From NCBI GenBank assembly GCA_024626585.2, contig JANKJI020000002.1, forward strand, positions 120,732,839 to 120,753,796: DNA of 20,958 nt. The letters run 5' to 3'. Origin of the DNA: Ginkgo biloba (taxonomy: Eukaryota; Plantae; Ginkgophyta). Below, piece by piece: positions 1-10,405 of this stretch (the first letter of the stretch is position 1; every line of letters begins with the position of its first letter). A program made the position numbers and the translations under genes. The notes under the pieces are model-generated. The model was not told the DNA's origin. It worked only from the letters and a program-made list of their open reading frames with translations, and did not search any database.

Positions 1-473
1 CATCCCAAATACTCTACTTCCTCTTGGTAGAAGTCATATTTTGACAATTTGCCATACAATTTCTCCTTTTGAAGGAAGTCCACCACCATCCTTAGATGCT
101 CTCAATACTCTTCTTTATTTTTGTTGAAGATCATAATGTCATGGAGGGAAATCGACACAAACTTTCCCAAGTATAGTTTGAGGATATTATTCATTAGCCT
201 CATAAATGTGGTAGATGCATTTGTTAATCCAAAGTGCATGACCAAATACTCATAGTGGCCATCCCTAGTGGTAAATGCGATCTTCTCCATGTCCTTCTTA
301 TGGATTTGGATCTCATGATAGTCTCTTCTTAAACCTATTTTGGAAAACACGATGGCTCCCTTTATGGTGTCCGACAAATCATTCTTCCTTGGAAGAGGGT
401 ATTTATCCTTAAAGGTGATTGCATTCAATGCATGGTAATCCACACAAATTGTCATGGATCCATCTTTTTTGTG
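1..473 (-). mobile_element. Degenerate Ty3/gypsy reverse transcriptase fragment
   Basis: Reads KKDGSMTICVDYHALNAITFKDKYPLP..GAIVFSKI..YHEIQI..AFTTRDGHYEYLVMHFGLTNASTTFMRLMN, then past a stop EHLRMVVDFLQKEKLYGKLSKYDFYQEEVEYLG. The catalytic (Y/F)xDD is decayed to SLHD. Homology breaks abruptly at about 473. Confidence 0.93.
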
Positions 474-1122
474 TGTTGGCAGGTAATTTCGATCCTTAAA
501 CAGGTTACAACAGGAAGACATTCGTTGGACATGTTGGTCGTTCGTCAGCAGCCAGTTACTTGTTCGTTGGTGACTTCTGCTTGTTCATCAACTTCTATTG
601 ATCATTTGTCAGTGGCTATTGCTCGTTCGTTGGCAATCATTGCTTGTTCGTCGGAAAGTCATTGCTTGTTCGTCGACAACCTTTGGCTATTTGTAAATGT
701 GAATAAACCCAACTATTACAGTTTACTTTGTTGATTATTAACAAATACTAAATGAGTTGTTAGATAGTAAATGAGGCACACCCCTTCAATTGGACAACGC
801 CCCTTGTGTAGTGTAACTCTTGGGTAGTAATCATCATATATCTTGTGCATAGTCATCTCTTGTACTTAGAAAACAACATAATACAATTCACTATCTCTTA
901 TTCCTATGTTTGTGTAAATATGAATACAGTTTGTTGTGTATCAATTATGCATGATAATTAGAAGCTCAGTCATCATCATCAATGAGGAACCACAGACATC
1001 TAAGACAGAACTATTGGTGAGAGCAACAATATTGCTGTTGAGTCTTAATGGTCCATCGTTGACTATGGTGACTCGTTGCTAAATAATCTATTTTGAGCAG
1101 CAACAACATACGTTAGTTAACA
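474..1122 (+). mobile_element. Putative LTR-like segment abutting/interrupting the RT
   Basis: Begins TGTTGG exactly where RT homology stops. Contains a 21-22 bp repeat array, a TATA-like 'catatatc' near 835 and 'aatacaattc' near 881. A possible end is TTAACA at 1122. No TSD found and the right end is uncertain. Confidence 0.35.
520..678. repeat. Degenerate minisatellite, about 8 units of 21-22 bp (core TGCTTGTTCGTYGG)
   Basis: Successive units: ttcgttggacatgttggtcg / ttcgtcagcagccagttacttg / ttcgttggtgacttctgcttg / ttcatcaacttctattgatca / tttgtcagtggctattgctcg / ttcgttggcaatcattgcttg / ttcgtcggaaagtcattgcttg / ttcgtcgac. Confidence 0.8.
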
Positions 1123-1341
1123 TTCATTATATTACTTAGTATTCATTTATAGGGTCCTCAATGACTAGGTACTTGATGTGTAAAATTGATCATTACAAAT
1201 AATTAACAGGAGTTTTCTATACTAACTCAATGGGTACATTANNNNNNNNNNNNNNNNNNNNNNNNNNNNNNNNNNNNNNNNNNNNNNNNNNNNNNNNNNN
1301 NNNNNNNNNNNNNNNNNNNNNNNNNNNNNNNNNNNNNNNNN

Positions 1342-2767
1342 AAGACGCCTTCTCTCTCTCTCTCTCTCAGCTTAATCGGAGAAGTCATTATTCTTCTTAG
1401 CTATTTTGTAGCTTACTGTGAGAGTGGGGTGCCTTCAGTTCGGAGTGCTATACCAGGTTCTTTTTACACATTTGTGTGTTCAAATCTTGTCCTCAGACCC
1501 AGGCTAGCTCATTGGAGTTTTTTTGGTTGATTGTTGCCATAATTCGGAAAAGCTCTTCACCCAGAAAAGGTGATACAGGCATTCTAGCAGGGTAGTTACT
1601 TTTGTTTTGGCTACACTTCCACAGTTTTGACCCTTGGAAGGAAGTCATTGGATTTGAAGCGAGAAAAGGAGGATGTCTTCATCCTTAGAGGTATTTGGTA
1701 GTATCAATAAGATCTTTTATCCAGGTGAGTTCATACTTTCATGAGTATTTTGTAACCCTAACTCTATAGACATTTGTGGCTACCATAAATTAATGGAATG
1801 TTTTCTGCAATTCTTACATAGAATTATGTTTCTGGTTTATGCATGCATAATTAATGGTTTTGAACCCTAGCTTTGGCAAATTATACTATTTTGAGTAGGG
1901 CACCCTTGGCCATGGGGTTTATCTATGGGTTATGGCTAAAAATGATTCCTCTATGGATAGTTGTGTAGTATATCATTTAGTTCAATAATTTTTGAAATGA
2001 ACCCTACTGTACTAAANNNNNNNNNNCCCTAGCAATTGAGTCCAGGACAACATTGGCTTTAGCCGGAGACGTGTTGGGGGATTCGATGCCTTAACCAAAG
2101 GCACCTCTGTATGAGGCTTTATTTTTCCCTACCATGCACACTTTTGGGTTAGTAACAATGGGGTTTATGGATGCGCTAAGAGCGTTGGATTGTTGATATC
2201 CACATCTCATCCAATGAATCCTTTGTATTTTTTGCCATGAATAAATTTTCTTTGTCTTCCTCCTTAATCTTTTGATGATCTTGTGCAAATTGTGCTAAAT
2301 TCTATTGTTGTAGTTATAGGGTTTACAATTTGTTGTTGCAACTATAGGGATATGCCTATTGTTGAAATCATGGGCTATGGTTTGTTATTGTAGCCATAGG
2401 AGTTTTGTACTAGTAGGGTTTTTGATCTAGGGTCTATCTTGTAGCCCTAGGGATTTATTGTACCATAAATTAATATAATTAAATAAGTGTTAGCAGGAAT
2501 TGGTTACTCTAGCTCTCTCGAGTCATCATGATGCCAAGGATGGCTTGAAATAGACCTACGCTTGGCATGCTTAGTAGTTTGGGGTTATGAAGTGGAGTCT
2601 AGCGAACCGATAATAGTTGTTAGGTGCTAATAGTTAGTATTTATCGTTGGAGGTTTGGTTGCCTGCATAATATGCCCCTTCAGGTAGTTCCCCTAATCAA
2701 CAATAGGGTGCTTAGAGTCTTTATTGTAAGTTGACCCTGTTCAAACAATCTTTGATGTGGGATCACA
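1342..2767 (+). mobile_element. LTR copy (family shared with 10406-11940, 13164-14659, 14760-16159), opposite orientation to those
   Basis: Collinear blocks with the reverse complement of 13164-14500. Examples: ttcatccttagaggtatttgg vs ttcatccataaaggtatttgg; ggcttgaaatagacctac vs ggcttgaaaatagacctac; gtggagtctagcgaaccgataatagttgttagg vs gtggagtctagtagagaagtaatagttgctagg. Ends near ..GATCACA (2767) with no PBS after it. Confidence 0.72.
1351..1368. repeat. (TC)9 microsatellite
   Basis: Directly visible next to a gap. Confidence 0.95.
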
Positions 2768-3016
2768 TCAATAAACACCTAATTTAATAGGATCGAACTT
2801 GTTGGGTGAGGAGAGATGCAAAGAGGCAAATAGAGTGCTCAGCAAGGGCAAAAACCCTAATGAGAGAAAACCAACTCAATTGCTTTCATTAGAAAATGAG
2901 CCCACTATTTATCTCANNNNNNNNNNNNNNNNNNNNNNNNNNNNNNNNNNNNNNNNNNNNNNNNNNNNNNNNNNNNNNNNNNNNNNNNNNNNNNNNNNNN
3001 NNNNNNNNNNNNNNNN

Positions 3017-3272
3017 TGAGTTGCTTAAGGAAAAATTGATAGAAGCACCCATTCTCATGCTATAGGGTGTCTCTCATCCTCTAACCATCTTCACCGATGC
3101 TAATGGAGTGGCCATGAGGTTGTGTTGACTCAAGATGGTAAGGTGATTGCTTATGAAAGTAGGAAGATGAATGAGACTGAGCAAAGGTATCCCATATAAA
3201 ACCAAGAATTATTGACCATTATTCATGTTATAAAAATTTGGAAGCATTACTTGAAGAATAATGAATTTGAGG
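3017..3272 (+). mobile_element. Ty3/gypsy RT-connection/RNase H fragment (pseudogenised)
   Basis: ELLKEKLIEAPILML*..TIFTDANGVA(frameshift)VLTQDGKVIAYESRKMNETEQRYPI*NQELLTIIHVIKIWKHYLKNNEF matches the gypsy RNase H motifs TDAS, IAYxSR, YxxxxxELL and WRHYL. Confidence 0.9.
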
Positions 3273-3470
3273 TAATCTATTATAGCTCAAACTTATACGA
3301 ATTTGACCTTGAAGAGTGGTTCAAGGAGAGCCTTGAGGAGCACTTTAAATTCAAACTTGAGGGATGCTACTAAACTCAAGGTAAATGATGGGGCCCGGTT
3401 GTACATTTTACACATGTTGACTAAACCCGATGAAAGGTGCTTAGGAGAAAATGNNNNNNNNNNNNNNNNN

Positions 3471-4103
3471 AAAAAGAATCATTCGAGGAGTCCAAAGAGA
3501 GGGGACCGAGGCATAAATGATCCAAAAGGAATTGGAAGCTGCTATAGAATGTTAAGTAGTTTAAGAATATGTAGATTTTGAACTGTGATGGCATGACCCT
3601 TGATATTTCCTTCCGGGCATGGGCAAGGTCAATTGAGTTTTTCATTGAATCATTTGGCATTTCAGAAGAAAACAAGGTTACTGTGGTTTCTGTGGCATTC
3701 AAAGGCAATTCAAGAGAATGCTGGAATGGTGTGCAAACTAAGATAGATGATGGCTTGAGGGATAAAATCACGACTTGGCCCGAGATGAAGCAAGTCATGA
3801 TGAGGAAGTTTGAACCCTAGAATGAGATGCTAGAGTGGTACACTCAAGTGTGGAGCTTAAGGTAGGCATGCACTGTACAAGAATATAGTAAGAAGTTGAA
3901 TACTCTTTTTACAAGATTGTCGATTTGGCCATGTGGTATAGGGTGTATCATTTTATAACAAGTTTGAAACCTCATATCCAATGAGTGGTTGCAACTACTC
4001 AGTCGAAGACAATGGAAACTGTAGAAAATACAGCTTTACAGGTTGAAGCAGTTGAGATGAACCAACCATACTCTAATAAGAAGCCATTCCAAGGTCAGGA
4101 GTT
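3471..4103 (+). mobile_element. Ty3/gypsy gag remnant
   Basis: FRAWARSIEFFIESFGISEENKVTVVSVAFKGNSRECWNG..ITTWPEMKQVMMRKFEP, followed by LR*ACTVQEY, is a Retrotrans_gag pattern. It is clearly homologous to the minus-strand gag at about 9800-10200. Confidence 0.85.
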
Positions 4104-5152
4104 NNNNNNNNNNNNNNNNNNNNNNNNNNNNNNNNNNNNNNNNNNNNNNNNNNNNNNNNNNNNNNNNNNNNNNNNNNNNNNNNNNNNNNNNNNNNNNNNN
4201 NNNCTAAATAGAAGGGTCTTATATTGTGCAGTAGGCTGAGTCAAAAGAAAAAGGAATGGGTGATCGTGGAAAGGGTTGAATTTGTTGGTGAAGATGGTTC
4301 ATGGTTATTGCATTATATATACCGTTATAGCTATATGTCAATCCTCATTTGTTGTAACATTCCCAAAATGATATCCATGTGCAAAAAAGACGAGAGTGTG
4401 CAGTTTGAATCTTTGATAGAAGTATATAGCTGAAATCCGTCATTCCATTAATGCATTNNNNNNNNNNAATAAAAATCGGACAGAGAAGCATAGTGGAAGC
4501 TCCTATGCAGTTACCATTCAGAAATGCATCTATTTCATTCATTTAGCCAAGCAAAAACAGCCATCCACAACACAGACTAGCCCCAGGTCCAATTGGTTGA
4601 CCTGGGAACCTCCTTTTGGGTTATTATTATTAGCAAAAATGTCAGAGTTACAAGAGTACAAACTCCAAATGCACTAACACTCCTCCCATTAATCCTTAGC
4701 ATTTTTAAAATAGGAGAGAGAGGTAACCTATGGTCTTCCTCAATCCTTCACATTTTTTGAATTTGAAGTAAGAAAAGAATGGTAAGCTGAGCTTGGAAAA
4801 CCAATAAAGGTCGAAGTTTCCCATGTGTGTATAGATCTACCCGTGGCATTGGTGCCTATGTTATGATGATTGTAGCATTGACGTAATACCACTATAATTG
4901 ACTCTTGTGATTACTGGTTGGTGAGCACTACCATTGACCATTAGATCAACCTTGCATTTTCTGTTATGAATATTATATTATAGTTGAATTTCTTGAATGG
5001 CTTCTTCATGTTCTTGTAATTCTTCCTTCAAATATCGGCTAAAAATTGTTGAAATGTTTTATGCATNNNNNNNNNNNNNNNNNNNNNNNNNNNNNNNNNN
5101 NNNNNNNNNNNNNNNNNNNNNNNNNACAAAGAGAAATAGAGACATAACAGAA

Positions 5153-5175
5153 ATTTTGTTTGAATGGTTGAACAG
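5153..5175 (+). promoter_or_regulatory. 3' splice acceptor of phytochrome intron 2
   Basis: U-rich attttgtttgaatggttgaa followed by CAG at 5173-5175, where protein homology begins. Confidence 0.85.
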
Positions 5176-5469
5176 CTATCTGGAACTGGACACAGTGGAG
5201 TTTACTCTGGGGGCAACACTTGATGCAGTTGTTAGTCAAGGGATGATACTGAGTAGGGAGAAGGGGCTACAGCTGATACATGATTCACCAGAAGAAATGC
5301 TAACAATGTGCTTCTATGGGGATCAGTTGAGGCTCCAACAAGTTTTGTCGGACTTCTTGCTGAATGCATTGCGGTTTACTCCTCCATCAGAAGGATGGGT
5401 TGGCATTAAGGTTGTTTCAACTAAAAAGCATCTGGGCAGTGGTGTGCATATTGTACATTTGGAATTTAG
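5176..5469 (+). CDS. PHY: Phytochrome internal exon (exon 3; histidine-kinase-related HATPase_c-like domain), probably gymnosperm PHYO/PHYC-lineage
   Basis: Open 294-nt exon bounded by ..ttgaacAG|C and AG|GTATGT (phase 2-2), encoding YLELDTVEFTLGATLDAVVSQGMILSREKGLQLIHDSPEEMLTMCFYGDQLRLQQVLSDFLLNALRFTPPSEGWVGIKVVSTKKHLGSGVHIVHLEFR. Both junctions and the length match the conserved plant phytochrome exon 3 (..G/YLEL and LEFR/). The subfamily call is from recalled similarity to conifer phytochromes, not from a search. Confidence 0.95.
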
Positions 5470-5475
5470 GTATGT
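5470..5475 (+). promoter_or_regulatory. 5' splice donor of phytochrome intron 3
   Basis: AG|GTATGT at the conserved LEFR junction. Homology ends here. Confidence 0.9.
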
Positions 5476-6089
5476 GGTTTACAGAACCTTTGATGGAGAG
5501 GATGGAAATATCTCAATTCCATCTTTAAATTATAATTCTTTGTTTATAATGTTTTGTATGTCAGTCATATGGTAAATAAAGTCATCATGTATCTTCATGT
5601 GCCCGACAGCCTTTAGGACAAACAATTAAAAATAGTTATTTTGGCGGCTTCAAACTTTTTCATTTCTCATGTTTTGCAAAAAAGAAAGCAATTGACTTTT
5701 CACAAAACTTCATAATTCTTCTCCGAGTAAGTGTTTTCCATTAGTGAAATTATTAATTTGCCTTTGATGTTTTAAGTCTTCTCCTTGTGTGCTTGAATTT
5801 ATCTCATTGGCTCCTTGTATTCTGTGTTATGGTATATGATATAATGTTTCTTTCCGTATAGAAAGAAGGCAAGTAACTATATAAATGTATAGAGAAATTG
5901 AGTAGTGTCTCCAAACATAGTACTGTAGCTGTGTGGGATTCTCCTTTAGTANNNNNNNNNNNNNNTGAGAAATTATGAACTTGTTCCTATTGACTATCAC
6001 ATCTGGAAACAATGTGTATTTACAGGGAGTTGTGCTACTGCAAGACAATTTGCCATTTCATAATGAGGGTTCAATTATTCAATGCTCTA

Positions 6090-6350
6090 CAAATTTGTCT
6101 ATTAAGAACTACGAAATATTATTTAGAAAAGGTATTTACAAATGCCTGCTGTGATGAAAAGCTATTTTCATAATAGGAATACTGAAAATTTGCTAACCTA
6201 TTTTTCTGCTAATTTCAAGCCACTAAAGCCAAATTTTTCTATTAAAGATTACAAAGTATTATTCAGAGAAAGTATTTACAAATGCTGCTGCAATGAGGAG
6301 CCAATTTCATAATTGGAATGCTGAAAATTTGCTAACCTATTTTCCTGCTA
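6090..6350. repeat. Tandem duplication, about 121-bp unit at 140-bp period
   Basis: 6090-6211 vs 6230-6350 share gtatttacaaatg, tttcataat, and ggaat(a/g)ctgaaaatttgctaacctatttt(t/c)ctgcta. Confidence 0.88.
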
Positions 6351-8819
6351 CTTGCTAGCCCCTCCTCACCCCATACTCCTACCCAGATGGTTGTCTACGA
6401 CCCACTGAGTGAAAGACTCTCTGGGAGTTTAGTGTTGGTGGAGAGTTCAAGTATGAACCATCTCCGTTAACTTCCTTATTTTCTCTTGGGTTCCCTTTCG
6501 GGTTCCATGTTCTCAAGTTTTTGCGTAGATGTTACATTGCAATGTCCTCAAGTGGATTTAGGACAAAGACTGTACTTTATCTTGCATAAAAAAATACTCT
6601 CCCATTCCAATTTGTAAAAGCCCATGTTTTGGTCCTAGAGGCCATCTCGGTCTGAAGGACATTAATAAAATACCTTTCAGTTTTCCTTTAGTCTATTAGT
6701 GGCAGGCAGAAACTCATTACATTCTTGCAGAAGAATTGAAGTGTCTTTCTACTCTTCTACCTCAGTAAACACGCTTACGTATGAGATACCTTTTTGTAGT
6801 GCCCCTGCTGCTGCNNNNNNNNNNNNNNNNNNNNNNNNNNNNNNNNNNNNNNNNNNNNNNNNNNNNNNNNNNNNNNNNNNNNNNNNNNNNNNNNNNNNNN
6901 NNNNNNNNNNNNNNNNNNNNNNNNNNNNNNNNNNNNNNNNNNNNNNNNNNNNNNNNNNNNNNNNNNNNNNNNNNNNNNNNNNNNNNNGAAAATGTAAATG
7001 TCATGACTAATTTGTGCATGGTTGATTTCATTTACAGAGAATAGAAAGATAGCCTGTTTTGAATTCGACGAAAATCTAATGACCCATTTTGTGCACAGTT
7101 AAAAATGATCATGCTATTATTTGAAGTGCGTGGTCTTTCCCTCTCAGACACACACACATATATATCGTAATATAATATTAGAAATTTAGGGGTCAAAATG
7201 TCTGTCCATCGATTTGTTGGTTCACTTTCATTTACGCTAATCCAACACAAAAAATAAATCAATTCAACTAAAAATTGTACCCCAATCCAATAAGTTTATG
7301 TATATGCATATGTTCATGTGCACAAGCATGCACGGGCACACCCACCCACACTTCCCTACCATACACTGAAAAAATAAGCATACTAATAACAAACTTGTCA
7401 ACCATTTACCCTTCTCTTATTGAATTAGAAGTTGAATTAATTAATAAAACACATCAGTTCAATGCACAAATAAACTGTCATCAACTCAATACTAACTAAT
7501 ATCAAATTAAAATACTTCTAAATTAATATTATTAAAGTACTAATGCCATCATATTTTATTGCATTCTTTGCTTTGGGTATGTACTAGAGTTTGTGTGTGT
7601 GTATACATACCTACATACATACACATGCTAGGCTGATGAATAGGTGGGCCCCAATATGTACATGTGCATATATTCTAGAGAGTTATGCCATAATAAGAAG
7701 GGGAGTACTTTACAGTTTCATCTTCACCATTTTGGAGGCATTGCACCCCTAGGGTAATATGAGTTAGGATGTGGATAGAGGTTAGAGCCTTTGGGACAGC
7801 TTAAGTGTGGCTTAGATGCATGGTTTCTCGTGTTAGGCTGGATACTAGCCAATAGGAGAGGACCATATCTCGTTGTTAATATTCTGGGTGGCATTTGCGT
7901 GGTGACATTGGATGTTTGCTAGCTTATAGGAGTGAGCCATGGAATATGTTTAACCTATGAGAGTGATCCATGGAGTGTGCTTGTTATAATTGGTGTCGCC
8001 TAAGGCTCAGATTGCACCAAAGGGGTTGTCAGCCATGATCAAATTGGAAAATTGGACTGGGTTGTAGGCGTTAGGTGAGGCAATGAACTATACTGAAATT
8101 GTACCTAATTCTCGCTAGAATGTGTTTGTTTATGAAACCAAGAATGGGATTTTAGCTTATTGCCATGAGGAAGTGTTTTTGAATACTGTTGTGGAGTTAA
8201 TTGCAAGGTAAAGAGGCTTCCCAAAGGATGTGGGTATGCTCATTACGAAGAGAAGCTACCAAGGGAGAGATCTCTACCATGTCTAGCCTATGAAGTTCCA
8301 ATGGAACTACTCTAAGTGGCAACTTTCGAGTATAGAGTGTATATATACAACAAACTGATGGCCCAATTACTTATGTAGTTGACTTGATGTTGTATGCTTA
8401 GCTTTGTGTGTTGGCTTAGTGAGAAATGTTGCAATCAAGCCCAAAGCAATGGAGAAGAAGAAATATCGAAGATGTCATGTCTTAGGGAAACAGTTTATGA
8501 GTTATTGACCTTAAATCATTCTCTTTCATTGCTAGAACTTCTTGGCTTCCTCTTTTTTATTACACCCCAAAACTTTATGGATTACTTGTATATGTCAATT
8601 ACCATTGAGAACTTGATCTACAGTCTAGAATGAGTACAACAGAAGTAAATTAAGAAATATTTAAACTTTCACATTCATAAGTTACAGTGACATATAAGAA
8701 ATTTCCTTACTAAAGAAAANNNNNNNNNNNNNNNNNNNNNNNNNNNNNNNNNNNNNNNNNNNNNNNNNNNNNNNNNNNNNNNNNNNNNNNNNNNNNNNNN
8801 NNNNNNNNNNNNNNNNNNN

Positions 8820-9290
8820 AAGTCCCGTCCCTTGTAGTGAAGATCATTGTCTCCACGTTGTTCTTATGAATGTGGATTTTGTGGTAGCCACTTTTAAAGT
8901 CGATTTTAGAGAACACAATAGCTCCTTTCATTGTATCCAAAAGGCCATCGATCTTTGGAAGAGGTTATTGACATTTACATGTAATTTTAATATTTTATTG
9001 AATGCTCAATAGTTTGGGCATGTGCATGGACCCATCCTTCATCTTCACCAATAAGATTGTTGCTCCATACATGGATTTAGAGGGTTGAATAAAACCTTGC
9101 TCGAAGAGTTCTCGAATTTGTTTCCACCTCATCCTTTTTTGCACGGCTCAATCAATAGGGTTGGTGATAAGTAGGTCTTGCTCATTTTTTGAGTTGGATT
9201 TGGTGATTCACCTCTCTTTCCATTCCCAACTCTTTCGATAGATCATCTGGAGATACTTCTGCATACTCTTTTAGGAGTGGTTCCACCTAT
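8820..9290 (-). pseudogene. Gypsy RT N-terminal part
   Basis: LLKEYAEVSPDDL..EREVNHQIQL..QPY*LS..QIRELFEQGFIQPSKSMYGATILLVKMKDG..PLPKIDGLLDTMKGAIVFSKIDFKSGYHKIHI..FTTRDG. Same family as the RT at 1-473. Confidence 0.9.
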
Positions 9291-9449
9291 CCTTTGACAC
9301 CCTTGTTGCCCTTTCTTTCATGTGGAGTCTCTTTCACGAACGAGCCATAACATTGACAATTGGTCTTCCATTCAACCCTCTTTAGTTGCATCATGGAGAT
9401 GAGAGGGATATGGCGAATCTTTGTTCTCATATAGCTTCAACTTCTTTCT

Positions 9450-9640
9450 TTTTTTGGAAATATAAGATATGGTCTCTTGGCAATATGCGGATATCATACT
9501 ACCATAGCCATTTTCGTTCCAAAATGGCATCATATCTACCAATCTTCATGAAGTCAAAATCAAAGCGGTCTTCATGGGTTTAGATGGCAATGGAGATCTC
9601 AATTGAAAATTCCTCCCATGTTTGGATTTCCTTTACATCC
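9450..9640 (-). pseudogene. Gypsy aspartic protease C-terminal remnant
   Basis: DFDFMKIGRYDAILERKWL matches the YDxILGxxWL motif. The catalytic D(S/T)G was not found. Confidence 0.65.
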
Positions 9641-9779
9641 TCCAATTCAACTACATAAACATAGGAAGCTTCTTGGGCTCGTAGTTTGTCCCTATGAGTA
9701 AGTCTTTAGAAAAAAATTATGGGAGTCCCTAGTTCCTCTTCTTGGGAGTCCTTGCTAAATTCTTGCATCAAAGCAGTCC

Positions 9780-10364
9780 GCTTCAATCTTATTACTTGTC
9801 CATAGGCTTCCTGCATGCCATTTTGTTTTGCATACTTTTCAAACATCATTGCCATCACCTCCATCCAAATTTAAATAGGTGGCCACACATACTATCCTTT
9901 ATCTCGTTTTGGACACCATTCCACCATTCTTGAGATGGCCCTTTTAGTGCAAAAGTCACCATGGTCACCTTATTCTCTTCCAATATGTTAAAGGATTTGA
10001 AGAAGCTTTCCATGGTTCTTAACCATGACCTAAAAGAGGACCTTGTTCCCCTTCCATCAAAATCTGGGATCTATATATTTTTCAACTACTTAATATTTTT
10101 AAGCAACTTCCATTCTCAACTATCCCTCTTATGCCTTGGTTCCTCTTCTGGGGAGTCCTCTGATGCACTTTTTATCTCTTCCTTGTGGGATTCTACTAGG
10201 TCTCCTTCTTGATCATCAAAGCTTGGGTCCATGGATGACTTTGGTTTCATTTTTTTCTTTCTACATCCATAGGTAAGGACGGTTTTGTTAAGCCTTTGTT
10301 GTTGCTCTTCGATTCTCTTCATACTCTCCATATCGGCCATCATCCTCAAAATCTTTTATTCCAT
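9780..10364 (-). pseudogene. Gypsy gag remnant
   Basis: ATG at 10364 just after the PBS. Reads ME*KILRMMADMESM..IPDFDGRGTRSSFRSWLRTMESFFKSFNILEENKVTMVTFALKGPSQEWWNG. Confidence 0.85.
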
Positions 10365-10392
10365 TGCTTTAACGTGGGATGAGTCTCCCCCT

Positions 10393-10404
10393 ACTCTAAT
10401 GCCA
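10393..10404 (-). promoter_or_regulatory. Primer binding site, tRNA-iMet type (degenerate)
   Basis: TGGCATTAGAGT vs consensus TGGTATCAGAGC (three transitions), 1 nt after the LTR-terminal ..TTACA and about 30 nt before the gag ATG. Confidence 0.8.
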
Positions 10405-10405
10405 T

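Noticed and set aside
520-678. CRISPR-like repeat-spacer array
   Set aside because: The period is only 21-22 bp, units are degenerate with no unique spacers, and the context is eukaryotic with no cas genes.
4582-4606. Hairpin cccaggtc-N9-gacctggg next to CTAG, as a Helitron 3' end or terminator
   Set aside because: The stem is only 8 bp, the spacing to CTAG is too short for a Helitron end, and there is no other support.
5176-5469. Neochrome or other chimeric photoreceptor
   Set aside because: Neochromes replace the HKRD with phototropin domains. This is a canonical HKRD exon with no LOV or Ser/Thr kinase sequence visible.
4997-5575. 192-aa ORF as a stand-alone histidine kinase gene
   Set aside because: Only 5176-5469 is homologous. 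The rest is intron read-through across an N gap.
6699-7044. ORFs spanning N runs (also 2799, 3985, 14603, 14935, 18781, 18812)
   Set aside because: They are open only because Ns contain no stops.
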